A DNA stretch of 41,184 nucleotides from Nitrospinota bacterium (GTDB lineage Bacteria > UBA8248), in contig JAYGFR010000381.1 in NCBI GenBank assembly GCA_046581755.1, positions 1-41,184 on the forward strand, in the 5' to 3' direction. Made by a program: the position numbers and the translations under genes. Below, one piece after another: positions 20,841 through 30,787 of the stretch. Every line of letters begins with the position of its first letter. Positions within the stretch are counted from its first letter, which is position 1. The notes under the pieces are model-generated. The model did not search any database, was not told the DNA's origin, and saw nothing but the letters and a program-made list of their open reading frames with translations.

Positions 20841-22301
20841 CTATTCTTCAACGCCTTTCGGTTGGCGGAATCTCGAACCCAGCAGCGATTTTACCGCGGC
20901 CAGCCCTTCGGGGGTGATCCCCCGGCCCAGAAATATGAGCGTAGCGTACATGACCCAGCTTATAAACAGGTTGAAGGCCATGGGCATGGGAATCCAAATG
21001 AGCCCGGCCGCCGCCGCCGCCGCCGCCCCGGCCGCGCGAAGGGCGGTCCCGCCGGAAGGCAGCCCCACAACCGGCCTCAGGACCATCAGGCCCACCGCCA
21101 GCATCGTGGCCTCGGCCACAAACGTCGCCCAGCTGGCCCCCACATAACCAAATCGCGGAATGAGGGCCGCGTTCAAAGCGGCGTTCAAAATGGCCAAAAG
21201 CCCTGCGTATGCTGCAAACAGTCCCGCCTTGCCGACCGCCACGCCAGCCGTTGTCATCACAAAAAGAAGAAAACTCAAGAGCATGGATCCCGCCAGAACC
21301 TGAAGGGCATTCGCCGCGGGGGCGAATTCGGGGCCATATATCAACCCGATAATCGCGCCCGGAAATAAAATACCGCAGACCGCAAGGGGCAGCCCCACGG
21401 CCATCGCCAACGACATTGACGCACGGTACATCTTGCGAACTTCATCGCCCTTTCCCGCCTCGAAAGAGCGGGAAATGAGGGGCAGCAGCGAGGTGGTCAC
21501 GGCCAGCGGAATAATGCCCAGCGAACCGGTCAGCTTGTAGGCGGCCGAATACATTCCGACAGACCTTTCTCCCGAAATCCATTCCAGCATCAGAAAATCG
21601 GTCCGCGTATAGACGATGAAAAAGGCGTTGGCCGCTCCGATGGGAACCGCCATTCGCAACAGGCCAAACCAATGGCGCGGGTCGAACCGGAGGTCTGGCC
21701 GGACCTCCCGAAAAAATAACCGGGCCAAAACGGCGCAGCCGGGAACGAACAAGACCAGCTGGACGGCGATCAGGCCCGGGATGGGCCACCCCGCCCATGC
21801 GGCGGCGATGAGTCCGACAGCGGAAAGAAATTCACTTCCAATCCCCAGAATTATGGGCCTGGCCATCCGCAGGCCGGCCTCGAACGGGGCGTCGAGAAGC
21901 GTGCGCAGGGAAGTCACACGGAAGGAGACGAACAGCAGGAACGAGGCGACCAGCGCCGAGGTGCGCGATTCTCCGGCCGGAATCGTCCAGACGACCATGA
22001 CCCACATGGCGGCCCAGCTCGCCAGGGCCATGAACCCTTTCAGAACCAGCGCGCTGCCGAGGAGGCGGGGGGCTTCGTCGCGGTTCTTGGCGATTTTGCG
22101 CACGAGGACGGTATGAAGCCCGGCGTCGGTAAAAATGGCGAACATTTCGGCAAATGCAAACGCAAAAGAGTAGACCCCGAATCCCCGCACACCCAGCACC
22201 CGGGCGAGAACAACGACAACGGCGATTCGGATCAGGCGCTCCAGGCCCCGGCCAACCAAAACCCATCCGGAATTTTTCACCGCCTCGGCCATCCAGCTCA
22301 T
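20841..22301 (-). CDS. wzx: Polysaccharide flippase (Wzx/MOP family)
   Basis: LARVLGVRGFGVYS, VGMYSAAYKL, LIPRFGYVGASWAT; many TMs. ATGA overlap with the upstream gene. Confidence 0.88.
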   Translation of the reverse strand: MSWMAEAVKNSGWVLVGRGLERLIRIAVVVVLARVLGVRGFGVYSFAFAFAEMFAIFTDAGLHTVLVRKIAKNRDEAPRLLGSALVLKGFMALASWAAMWVMVVWTIPAGESRTSALVASFLLFVSFRVTSLRTLLDAPFEAGLRMARPIILGIGSEFLSAVGLIAAAWAGWPIPGLIAVQLVLFVPGCAVLARLFFREVRPDLRFDPRHWFGLLRMAVPIGAANAFFIVYTRTDFLMLEWISGERSVGMYSAAYKLTGSLGIIPLAVTTSLLPLISRSFEAGKGDEVRKMYRASMSLAMAVGLPLAVCGILFPGAIIGLIYGPEFAPAANALQVLAGSMLLSFLLFVMTTAGVAVGKAGLFAAYAGLLAILNAALNAALIPRFGYVGASWATFVAEATMLAVGLMVLRPVVGLPSGGTALRAAGAAAAAAAGLIWIPMPMAFNLFISWVMYATLIFLGRGITPEGLAAVKSLLGSRFRQPKGVEE

Positions 22302-23443
22302 TGGCCCTGCGCCCCGCAACCGGCGTTTTCGCCCGAGAGCGCCCGCCCGTAAACGGCATGGGTCTTTTCGGCAATCACATCCCATCCAAACTCGGAAATC
22401 ACCCGCTTTCTTCCCGAGGCGGATAGCCGATCCAAAAGGGCGGGCCGATCGAGCAAATCCTGGAGTATGCCCGCCAGCGCGGCGGGATCGTTTTCGGGAA
22501 AAATGAACCCATCCGCCCCGATGACATGGGGGATTTCTCCCGAAGAGGAACCAACGGGAACGACACCCGCGCTCATGGCCTCGATGAGAACGTGGCCGAA
22601 TTGTTCCTTGTATCTCTCAACCGTCCTTGTGGGCAGGACCAGGACATGCATTTGTCTCAGCAAACCCGGAATTTCGAAATGGTCCAGCCACCCCGTAAAA
22701 AGAATCCGCCCGCCCATGCCATGTCTCCCGGCAGAGGATTCGAGTTCGGCCCGCGTGGGCCCATCCCCGGCGATAATGGCCCGCCAGGCTCCTTTTAGCC
22801 GTGCCAGCGCCTCGATGAGGATATCGACCCCTTTTTCGTGGACATGGCGGCCGATGAATCCCACCGTGAAAATATCCGGCCGCTCCGGCCCGGTGGGCGG
22901 GCGAAAAATATCCGGGTCCAGCCCGAACTGGGGAAGCACCGTCAGGCGTCCCGGAGCCGCCCCCCGGCCGAGCAATCGCTCGCGGACGGTTTCCCCTCCC
23001 GCGATGAGGGCATCCGCCGACGCCAACACCCACCGCTCGATGCCATCGCGGTACCAGGGAAGATTCAGGTCCATGTTTTCAAACGAAAACAGGACCAGCT
23101 TCGGACGCGGGCGAATCAAGGCCAACTCGGCCATAATCTGGGCCGCCACCAGGCTCCAGGGCTCCTCCTCCAAATGAACGATGTCGGGGCGCTCCGCCCG
23201 CAGGGCCCGATTCAACCCGCTCCGGTAGAAATGGCCCGTCACCCGCCCGGAGAATAATACGCCGCCAGCGTAAATCCGGAATCCCTCGTCCTCTCCCGGC
23301 TTTGTGAGATACCGGCATCCCCCTTCCTTCCAGAGACGGGGCACGAGAAGGGATATCTCTAAATCCGGCCGCCGGGAGAGGGCCGATAATTTTGCCCGGT
23401 TAATCGGAGCGGCGCATGCGTGGGAGACCAGGAGAACCCGCAT
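22298..23443 (-). CDS. Glycosyltransferase family 4
   Basis: GFIGRHVHEKGVD, EQFGHVLIEAMSAG. Confidence 0.9.
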   Translation of the reverse strand: MRVLLVSHACAAPINRAKLSALSRRPDLEISLLVPRLWKEGGCRYLTKPGEDEGFRIYAGGVLFSGRVTGHFYRSGLNRALRAERPDIVHLEEEPWSLVAAQIMAELALIRPRPKLVLFSFENMDLNLPWYRDGIERWVLASADALIAGGETVRERLLGRGAAPGRLTVLPQFGLDPDIFRPPTGPERPDIFTVGFIGRHVHEKGVDILIEALARLKGAWRAIIAGDGPTRAELESSAGRHGMGGRILFTGWLDHFEIPGLLRQMHVLVLPTRTVERYKEQFGHVLIEAMSAGVVPVGSSSGEIPHVIGADGFIFPENDPAALAGILQDLLDRPALLDRLSASGRKRVISEFGWDVIAEKTHAVYGRALSGENAGCGAQGQ

Positions 23444-23449
23444 CGGCGA

Positions 23450-24694
23450 TCAGGCCTCCCCTTTCCTCTCTGCTATCAGGCGCACATAGACCTCTTCGAG
23501 AGCGTCTCCCGCATCGGACCACCGGTAGTTCGCCTCGGCGTAGCTCCGGCACCGCGAGCGCAGATCGTCCAGGGCGCTGGGAAAAACGAGCAACGGAAGA
23601 GCCGCCCTCGAAATTCCGTGGGCTGTGGCCTTGGCCGCCAGCAACCCTTTCTCCAAAGGCCCCAATATCTCGGGCGTGGCGCCCACGGGCGTTCCCACCA
23701 CCGGCGTGCCCGATGCCAGGGCCTCCACCGTCGCCATGCCAAAACCCTCCAGGGAGCGCGTGGGGAGGACGAATAGATCGGCAGCCCGGTAATAGTCGGG
23801 CAGTACCTCGTCCGGAATAAAACCGGCGAACCGGACGGAGGAGCCGATACCCAACTCGTCCGCCATACGCTCGAGCGATTTCCGCTCGGGCCCCTTTCCC
23901 ACCAGGATGAGATGAACGTCCGGCACCCCCGAGCAGATTTGAACCATGGCCTGAAGCAGAAGATCGACCCCCGTCCGCCTGACCAGCCGCCGCACGCTCA
24001 ACAGGGTCAACCCGGCAAAGCCCAGGCGGCGGCGAATTTGCGCGCGCTCATCTCCGGGGGCGGGAGAGAAACGATCCAGATCGATCCCCCCCCGCAGGAG
24101 ATCGATGCTTTCGGGCGGGATGCCGTGGGCATCGGCGAGCCGGCCGCGGCTGAAGACGCTCAGGACCGCCGCACCCTGGCTCCGGAGAAGCGCATCGCCC
24201 TCCATCTGGTGAATTCGCGCCGCTTTGAGGATAGACGCCAGCCGGTAGAGCGGGCGGAGCGCGGGGGAGAGGGTCTCCTCCTTCGCCCGGGCATCCTCGA
24301 TAAATTCATCGCGCCAGGGGCTATGAAATGTGCAAAGAGCCGGAGCCGAGATTCCGGAATGAAGCGCCGCATAGGCCGAAAGCCCCTGGTGGCAGTGGAC
24401 GACATCGGGCCGCCATTCTTTTCCGATGCGGGCGGCCGATCCCGCACAGGCAACAATCGCGGAAAAGTATCCGTCGCTGAATGAGCGCCGCTTCGAGGTC
24501 CACCTCAACACCCGGTAGCCGCCCATCTCCTCTTCCTGGCCCGCCGGCATCCCGATTCGCCCCGCCAGGACACGCACTTCATGTCCCCTGGCGGCGAATT
24601 CCCGGCACCAACCGTCCACCATCCGTTCGGCCCCACCCTGGCTGTCGGGGAAAAAGTTGTCGAGCACCATGAGAATCCGCAATGGGCCGCTCAA
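23450..24694 (-). CDS. Glycosyltransferase family 4
   Basis: GGAER, DLFVLPTRSLEGFGMATVEALASG. Confidence 0.9.
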   Translation of the reverse strand: MSGPLRILMVLDNFFPDSQGGAERMVDGWCREFAARGHEVRVLAGRIGMPAGQEEEMGGYRVLRWTSKRRSFSDGYFSAIVACAGSAARIGKEWRPDVVHCHQGLSAYAALHSGISAPALCTFHSPWRDEFIEDARAKEETLSPALRPLYRLASILKAARIHQMEGDALLRSQGAAVLSVFSRGRLADAHGIPPESIDLLRGGIDLDRFSPAPGDERAQIRRRLGFAGLTLLSVRRLVRRTGVDLLLQAMVQICSGVPDVHLILVGKGPERKSLERMADELGIGSSVRFAGFIPDEVLPDYYRAADLFVLPTRSLEGFGMATVEALASGTPVVGTPVGATPEILGPLEKGLLAAKATAHGISRAALPLLVFPSALDDLRSRCRSYAEANYRWSDAGDALEEVYVRLIAERKGEA

Positions 24695-25071
24695 CTCGCA
24701 CTCCCCCCCGGGGAACGGGAGGAATTCACGCAGGCCTTCAACCCCAAGGACCCTGGAATGCGTTCCTTGAAAGAAATGGCACGAAATTCGTCGCGTACGG
24801 GAAAAACCGGAATCCTCACTCGAAATACATTTCCCCAGGCGGGACCTGAAATCACATCTCTTGGTACTTTATCTTTCCCGCCACTCAGGAGACAAGCCGG
24901 CATTTTCTTTCCCGGACCAGGCGAAAGGGAAAACCGGCCTGATTTTTTTTTGGCCGGCAAAAATACCGGAAATATTCCCGCATTCGGTTTCGGATTTCGC
25001 CGCTTCTTGTTAATCTGCGAAGGAAGTGGCCCGAGCCCAATTCTGACCGACAAACCATTCGAGGATATTCC

Positions 25072-25371
25072 ATGATTACTGTGGGTATGTACTATGAAGT
25101 GATCGAAGGGAAAGAAAGCGATTTCGAGGAAAAGTTCGAGGCCGTGGCAAATGCCCTCGACGGCTCTCCAGGCCATGTGCAAAGCCTGCTCTACCAGCAG
25201 GTGAAAAAACCCAATTCCTATACCATCTTTTCCGAGTGGGACTCCCGCGATGCATTTAAGGCATTTATCCAAAGCGACGCATTCAAGGATGTGACCGATT
25301 GGGGAAAAGCTGAAATCCTCCAGGAGCGCCCGCGGCACAAAGTGTACGGACACGAGGGAGACATCGGCTAA
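25072..25371 (+). CDS. Antibiotic biosynthesis monooxygenase (ABM) family protein
   Basis: 99 aa with GKESDFEEKF...PGHV...YTIFSEWDSRDAF...S-DAF pattern; GAGG RBS. Confidence 0.82.
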   Translation: MITVGMYYEVIEGKESDFEEKFEAVANALDGSPGHVQSLLYQQVKKPNSYTIFSEWDSRDAFKAFIQSDAFKDVTDWGKAEILQERPRHKVYGHEGDIG

Positions 25372-25425
25372 CGCCCGTCCTCGATCCAGTTCCACCCCCA
25401 GGGATCTCATGCCGATATACAACCG

Positions 25426-26667
25426 ATGAATGAACCGCACGGCCGCGCGGAAGGCGATCTCCACCATCCGCCCTTGGGCGCACTGTGCCTTCTCGTATTT
25501 CTCGCCGTCATTCCGGTCACCCTGCTGGTGCCGATTCTCAAGCCTTTGGTGCTCGACCGTTATTCCGTGAGCCCTTTCGCGGCCCACGCCTTTCTCTCGG
25601 CGAACATGGTGGGCGCCATCCTCGCCGCGCCCTTGGTGGGCTGGGCCATCGATCGGATCGGAAGGCGCCTGCCCATCGTCGTCGCCGCCTTCGTGCTCGA
25701 TGCCCTCCTCATCCTGGCACTGGGCTGGGCGCCGAACTACGCCACCCTGATGATCATGCGTTTTTTCGAGGGCATCACCCACATCGCTGCCCTGACCGGC
25801 GTCATGGGGGTGGCCCTTGCCATGGCTCACCGCAACCCGATCCGATCGGCTCCCATCATGGGCGCGGTGGGCGCTTCCATTATTTTTGCCGTCGCGAGCG
25901 GCGCGGGTCTCGGAGGCGCGCTCTCAAGGGGCGGCATTATCCGCCCCCTCATCGGGGCCACCATCATCGGCTTTTCAGGCGCCCTCATCAGCGGATGGTT
26001 TCTCCGGCACGACCGGGACGTGCCATCCCATCAGGGAGGCCCCGGGCTGTCCGCGCTGGCTCGAATTTTCCGCAAGGAAAGAGCCCTCCTTGTCCCATGC
26101 CTTTTCACCTTCGCCGACCGGCTCCTTGTGGGCATCATCATCTCCTCGTTCAACCTCTACCTCGTCCATCATCTCGGCTGGACGCCGAAACGATTCGGCT
26201 TCCTCATGTCCACCCTCCTCTTTCCATTCGGACTGCTTTGCTATCCCTTCGGGAAGCTATGCAGAATATGGTCGAAAAGCATTATCATCGTCTCCGCCTC
26301 GCTGCTCTATGCCGTCTTCGTTGCGGCTTTCGCCTGGATAGACCCCGGCTGGCTCTTCCCCTCGATGCTCTTGCTCGGCGTCATCAGCGCCCTCAATTTT
26401 TCGCCGAGCCTGGCGCTGGTCGCCGACCTCGCCGGCTCCGAGTCCCGCTCGACGGCGATGGGAGCTTTCAACTCGGCCGGCTCGCTCGGATTTTTGATCG
26501 GTCCGCTTCTGGGAGGCACGGTCGTCCAATCCATGCTCGCCAGTGGCGCCCCCGCCGAGAACGCCTATAAAATGGCTTTCATCGCCGGCGGGTCCGTGTC
26601 CATCCTCACGACGATCGTCGCCATCCCGTTTCTGATTCGTCTCGTGCGCGCCGGAAGAACCACCTGA
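25426..26667 (+). CDS. MFS transporter
   Basis: GWAIDRIGRR motif A, ~12 TMs, GSLGFLIGPLLGG. Confidence 0.9.
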   Translation: MNEPHGRAEGDLHHPPLGALCLLVFLAVIPVTLLVPILKPLVLDRYSVSPFAAHAFLSANMVGAILAAPLVGWAIDRIGRRLPIVVAAFVLDALLILALGWAPNYATLMIMRFFEGITHIAALTGVMGVALAMAHRNPIRSAPIMGAVGASIIFAVASGAGLGGALSRGGIIRPLIGATIIGFSGALISGWFLRHDRDVPSHQGGPGLSALARIFRKERALLVPCLFTFADRLLVGIIISSFNLYLVHHLGWTPKRFGFLMSTLLFPFGLLCYPFGKLCRIWSKSIIIVSASLLYAVFVAAFAWIDPGWLFPSMLLLGVISALNFSPSLALVADLAGSESRSTAMGAFNSAGSLGFLIGPLLGGTVVQSMLASGAPAENAYKMAFIAGGSVSILTTIVAIPFLIRLVRAGRTT

Positions 26668-26706
26668 GAACCGTTCCGCCCCGCCGGCCCCGGCGTTTCT
26701 CTCCCG

Positions 26707-26715
26707 TGGTATACT
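26707..26715 (+). promoter_or_regulatory. Putative extended -10 promoter
   Basis: TGGTATACT (TGn-TATACT) ~125 bp upstream of the dehydrogenase pair. Confidence 0.4.
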
Positions 26716-26838
26716 CGGGGCGCGAACTCAAATCATTGCCATCTCACATTCGGGCATCTATCTCCCGGGCGATTTTCGTCCCCGAGGCCGGCCAGAGGCG
26801 CCTCCACCGAGAACGCATATAAAAGGAGGATTGATTTC

Positions 26839-27744
26839 ATGACAAAAAAAGTGGCTTTCCTCGGGCTGGGCAAGATGGGCGGCCTTATGACGAAGCATCT
26901 GGCCGAAGCGGGCTACCACGTCACGGGCTACGATCCTGCTCCCAAGGCCCTGGCGGCGGCGAAAAAAAACGGGGCGCGGACGGCCAAAACCCCGGCCGCC
27001 GCGGTGCGGGGCGCCGATGTCATTTGCAGCTCGCTCCCCACCCCGTCCGTTGTGCGCGAGGTCTACCTGGGTTCGGGCGGCGCCCTGAAAGCGGCCCGCC
27101 GGGGGGCGGTCATTTTCGAGCTCTCCACCAGCGAAGTCGCCCTGGCGGTCGAGATCGCCGCTTTGGCGAAAAAAAAGGGGGTTGCCTTTCTCGACTCCCC
27201 GGTGAGCGGGAGCATCCCCCACCTGAAAAACAAGGAGGTCTCGGCCATCGTGGGCGGAGACCGGAAGGCGCTGGGAAAGCACCAGGATATTCTCGAGGCC
27301 TTCTGCAAGTCGGTCACCTACATGGGCCCCTCCGGCAGGGGCCTGATCATGAAACTCGTGACCAACCACATCCTGGGCATTCATCACGCCGGCATCGCCG
27401 AGGGCCTTGCGTTCGGAATTAAGGCGGGCCTGAAGGCGGAAAAGATGGTCGATTTCCTCCAGGGAAGCGCGTTGCCTCAACTGCTCTTCTACAAGGGCCC
27501 CTTTATGGCCGCCCGCGATTACTCGGAGGTCATCGCCGACGTTGAACTCAGCAAAAAAGACCTCGGCCTGAGCGTCGAGGAGGCGAACGATCTCGGAGCC
27601 CCGGTTCCTCTCGGCGTTGCGGCGCGCCAGCAATATGTCGCCGCCAAGGCGCTCGGCCTGGGCCGGGCCGATTTCAACGCCGTATTCGAGGCCTATCTGA
27701 ACGCCGCCGGCATAAAACCGAAACGGCGGGGTGGGTGCCACTAA
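26839..27744 (+). CDS. NAD(P)-dependent beta-hydroxyacid dehydrogenase (3-hydroxyisobutyrate DH family), copy 1
   Basis: GLGKMG, DSPVSG, MKLVTN, KDL; AGGAGG RBS. Confidence 0.9.
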   Translation: MTKKVAFLGLGKMGGLMTKHLAEAGYHVTGYDPAPKALAAAKKNGARTAKTPAAAVRGADVICSSLPTPSVVREVYLGSGGALKAARRGAVIFELSTSEVALAVEIAALAKKKGVAFLDSPVSGSIPHLKNKEVSAIVGGDRKALGKHQDILEAFCKSVTYMGPSGRGLIMKLVTNHILGIHHAGIAEGLAFGIKAGLKAEKMVDFLQGSALPQLLFYKGPFMAARDYSEVIADVELSKKDLGLSVEEANDLGAPVPLGVAARQQYVAAKALGLGRADFNAVFEAYLNAAGIKPKRRGGCH

Positions 27745-27777
27745 TCTACGGAAAGAGACCGCGAGGAGAAAAGATTC

Positions 27778-28653
27778 ATGGCAAAGAAGGTGGCTTATCT
27801 CGGTTTGGGAAACATGGGGGGAGCCATGGCGTCGAACCTGGCCAAAGCCGGGTTCGAGGTGCATGGGTACGATCCCTCCGGGGCCGCAAGAACCCGCGCC
27901 GAGAGCGGGGGTATCCAGGTTTTCGGCTCCCCCGCCGAGGCGGCCGCGGGCGTCCAGGTGATATGCAGCTCGGTTCCCGAGACCGAACACGCGGCCGAGG
28001 CCTACCTGGGAGAAAACGGAGCGCTCGCCGCTGCACCCGAGGGCGCCGTCTGCTTCGATTTCTCGACCATTGCCGTCGAAGGCAGCCAGCGGATCGCGGC
28101 CGAGGCCGAAAAACGGGGCCTCCGGTTCCTGGACACCCCGGTGAGCGGCAGCGTCCCCCACGCCCGGGCGGGAACCCTGGCCATCATCGCCGGAGGAGAC
28201 CCATCCGCCCTGGAAGAGCACCGCGACGTCCTGGCGGCCATCGGCGGGGATGTGCATCACTTCGGCCCCAACGGGGCCGGTCTCCAGATGAAGCTGGTTA
28301 CCAACCACATTTTCGCCGTGCATATCTCGGCCATCGCCGAGGCCCTTACCCTAGGAAAGAAATCTGGCCTCGACCCCGAGGCTATGGCCGCCTTCCTCAA
28401 GGCGAGCGTCATCCCCAAGATTCTCGACTACAAAGTGAGCCCGATGATCGTCAAGGACTACACCCCCACTTTCACCGTAAACCTCATGCTCAAGGACCTG
28501 CGCATGATCGCCGCCATGGCCGAGGAGACGAAGGTGCCCATCCCCCTTTGCGCGGCGGCCCGGCAGATCTACATGGGCGCGGCGGCTCTGGGGCATGGGG
28601 ATGCCGACCAGAACGCCATCATCGAGCACTTCGAGAAGGGTGCGGGGCTATAG
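27778..28653 (+). CDS. NAD(P)-dependent beta-hydroxyacid dehydrogenase, copy 2
   Basis: GLGNMG, DTPVSG, MKLVTN, F-TVNLMLKDL. Confidence 0.9.
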   Translation: MAKKVAYLGLGNMGGAMASNLAKAGFEVHGYDPSGAARTRAESGGIQVFGSPAEAAAGVQVICSSVPETEHAAEAYLGENGALAAAPEGAVCFDFSTIAVEGSQRIAAEAEKRGLRFLDTPVSGSVPHARAGTLAIIAGGDPSALEEHRDVLAAIGGDVHHFGPNGAGLQMKLVTNHIFAVHISAIAEALTLGKKSGLDPEAMAAFLKASVIPKILDYKVSPMIVKDYTPTFTVNLMLKDLRMIAAMAEETKVPIPLCAAARQIYMGAAALGHGDADQNAIIEHFEKGAGL

Positions 28654-28876
28654 CGAAATACGTATAAATAAAATAAAAACAATATGTTGCGTAGTTACTC
28701 CCCATTTCAAAAATATAGTCCCCAGCGAACTCGGGGTATACATTGATATCCCTGATAAAATTAGTGCAGATTACTCATCGAATTCGGGAGCGGACGGTTT
28801 CCCTCTACCGGACCATGCTTTCACCCCGCGCCCCGCCTGTCGCGGCTCTTTAAATAAGAGTCTGAAAATGTAAGAA

Positions 28877-29068
28877 TTGCTTCAAAAGCTGCCCGGCGAG
28901 GCCCGCGCGCGCGTCCCCGATCCGGGCGCCGAGGCCGTATTTTACTGCGCGGGAGGCCTGCGGAGCCTCTTCGGCGGCAAGCAGCTTCAGGACATGGCTT
29001 ACAAAAACGTTTTCTCGATGAAAGGCGGCTACCACGCCTGGCGGGAAAGCAGACATCCAGTCGGGTAG
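28877..29068 (+). pseudogene. 5'-truncated rhodanese domain
   Basis: FYCAGGLRSLFGGKQLQDMAYKNVFSMKGGYHAW is the C-terminal half only; an in-frame stop lies just upstream and there is no DVR motif. Confidence 0.72.
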
Positions 29069-29135
29069 CCCCCCGCCTTTTGCCGGGGTCCTTCCCGGCC
29101 GATATTCCTTACCGGTTTTACTAGGAGACGGACAA

Positions 29136-30341
29136 ATGGCAACCAGCGGACGCGACCTCCTCGAGGCCGCCCGGAACGATATCCCCGAAATCACCCCCGA
29201 CGAAGTCGCCGCCCTCAAGAGCTCTGGCACCGGCTTCGCCCTCATCGACGTGCGCGAGCCCGACGAATTCCGCGCAGGCTTTATCCCCGGCGCCGAACAC
29301 GTCAGCCGCGGCTTCCTCGAACTCAAGATCGAACAGGTCGTCCAGGACCGCGCCACCCCCATCATCGCCTACTGCGCCGGCGGCGTGCGCTCCCTCCTCG
29401 CCGGCCAGGTGCTCAAGACCATGGGCTATGCCGACGTCAAATCTATGTCCGGCGGCTACGCCAAATGGAAAGACCTCGGCCACCCCGTCCAGGTCGATAA
29501 ACAGATGTCCACCGAACAGCTTGAGCGCTACAGCCGCCACTTTCTCCTCTCCCAAATCGGCGAAAAGGGCCAGGCCAAGCTCCTCGACGCCAAGGTCCTA
29601 CTCATCGGCGCCGGCGGCCTCGGCTCGCCCACCGGCCTCTACCTCACCGCCATGGGCGTTGGCACCATCGGCATCGTCGATCTCGACGTCGTGGACATGA
29701 GCAACCTCCAGCGCCAGATCGTCCACACCAACGACCGCGTGGGCACCTCCAAGGTCGAAAGCGCCCGGCAGACTCTCACCGCCCTCAACCCGGACGTTAA
29801 AATCATCGGCCACGAAGAGCGCATCGACCGCACCAACGCCCTCGAAATCCTGGGCCAGTACGACGTCATCGTGAACGGCGCCGACAACTTCCCGACGCGC
29901 TACCTCGTCAACGACGCCTGCGTCTTTCTCGGCAAGCCCATCGTGGACGCCTCCATCTTCAAGTTCGAGGGCCAGGCCACTGTCTACGACTCGGCCAACG
30001 GCGGTCCCTGCTACCGGTGCCTCTACCCCGAGCCGCCGCCTCCGGGCATGGTCCCCAGCTGCCAGGACGCCGGCGTCCTCGGCTCCCTTTGCGGCACCAT
30101 GGGCTCCATCCAGGCCACCGAGGTCGCCAAGCTCATCGTCGGCTTCGGCGAGCCCCTCGTCGGCAAGCTGCTGATGTACGACGCCCTGAAATCGCAGTTC
30201 CGCGTCCTCAAGGCCCGGCGCGACCCCAGCTGCCCCGTCTGCGGCGACAGCCCCACCATCACCGAGCTCATCGACTACGAGTTCTTCTGCGGCCTCTCCG
30301 AGGCCGAGGTACCCGTCGGCGCCGCCACGAACGGTCACTAG
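29136..30341 (+). CDS. moeB: Rhodanese-MoeB/ThiF (E1-like adenylyltransferase) fusion
   Basis: N-terminal DVREPDEF...YCAGGVRS, then RYSRH, GAGGLGSP, SNLQRQI, DNFPTRY, CYRC and CPVC. Confidence 0.92.
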   Translation: MATSGRDLLEAARNDIPEITPDEVAALKSSGTGFALIDVREPDEFRAGFIPGAEHVSRGFLELKIEQVVQDRATPIIAYCAGGVRSLLAGQVLKTMGYADVKSMSGGYAKWKDLGHPVQVDKQMSTEQLERYSRHFLLSQIGEKGQAKLLDAKVLLIGAGGLGSPTGLYLTAMGVGTIGIVDLDVVDMSNLQRQIVHTNDRVGTSKVESARQTLTALNPDVKIIGHEERIDRTNALEILGQYDVIVNGADNFPTRYLVNDACVFLGKPIVDASIFKFEGQATVYDSANGGPCYRCLYPEPPPPGMVPSCQDAGVLGSLCGTMGSIQATEVAKLIVGFGEPLVGKLLMYDALKSQFRVLKARRDPSCPVCGDSPTITELIDYEFFCGLSEAEVPVGAATNGH

Positions 30342-30385
30342 GAGCTAAAAGAGAGATGAGAAACGGAAACTAAGGCAGAATTATT

Positions 30386-30420
30386 AAAGCCCCCGGAACG
30401 AAGGTTTCGGGGGCTTTTTG
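30386..30420 (+). terminator. Rho-independent terminator after moeB
   Basis: AAAGCCCCCGGAAC-GAAG-GTTTCGGGGGCTTTTT hairpin followed by a U tract. Confidence 0.85.
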
Positions 30421-30496
30421 TATGGAGATTTGACGTTCCTCCCGCTGTAGCCGATCATTCCCCAGAGGTTGGATATCCTAAGCTCGGAGCGGATCG

Positions 30497-30787
30497 ATGA
30501 CCGTCCAAGAACTACTGAAAGTAAAACGCGCGGAAATCCTCGAAACCGCCGCCCGGCACGGCGCCCGGAACGTGCGCCTGTTCGGCTCCGCCGCCCGGGG
30601 CGAGGCAGACGAGGCCAGCGACCTGGATTTTCTCGTGGACATGGAGCAAGGAAGAAGCCTCCTCGACATGGGTGGGCTTCTCATGGACCTCCAGGCACTC
30701 CTTGGCCGCGAGGTGGATGTCGTCACCGAGCGGGGCTTGAAACCCCGAATCCGCGACCGCGTTCTCCGCGGTGCGGTCGCCCTATGA
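30497..30787 (+). CDS. Minimal nucleotidyltransferase (MNT) antitoxin
   Basis: [19 protein letters not shown] (GSX10DXD), GREVDVVT; 96 aa. Confidence 0.9.
   Translation: MTVQELLKVKRAEILETAARHGARNVRLFGSAARGEADEASDLDFLVDMEQGRSLLDMGGLLMDLQALLGREVDVVTERGLKPRIRDRVLRGAVAL

Noticed and set aside
21001..21035. GCC trinucleotide run in wzx
   Set aside because: It encodes an Ala stretch in a TM helix; it is in-frame and short, with no sign of phase variation.
24695..25071. Possible riboswitch or ncRNA in the divergent intergenic region upstream of the glycan cluster
   Set aside because: Only short imperfect CCGG-containing hairpins; no recognisable RNA family or ops/JUMPstart element.
30469..30783. 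Apparent long N-terminal extension of the HEPN ORF (225 aa in the track)
   Set aside because: It is an alternate frame over the MNT gene. The real start is ATG 30784, overlapping the MNT stop.
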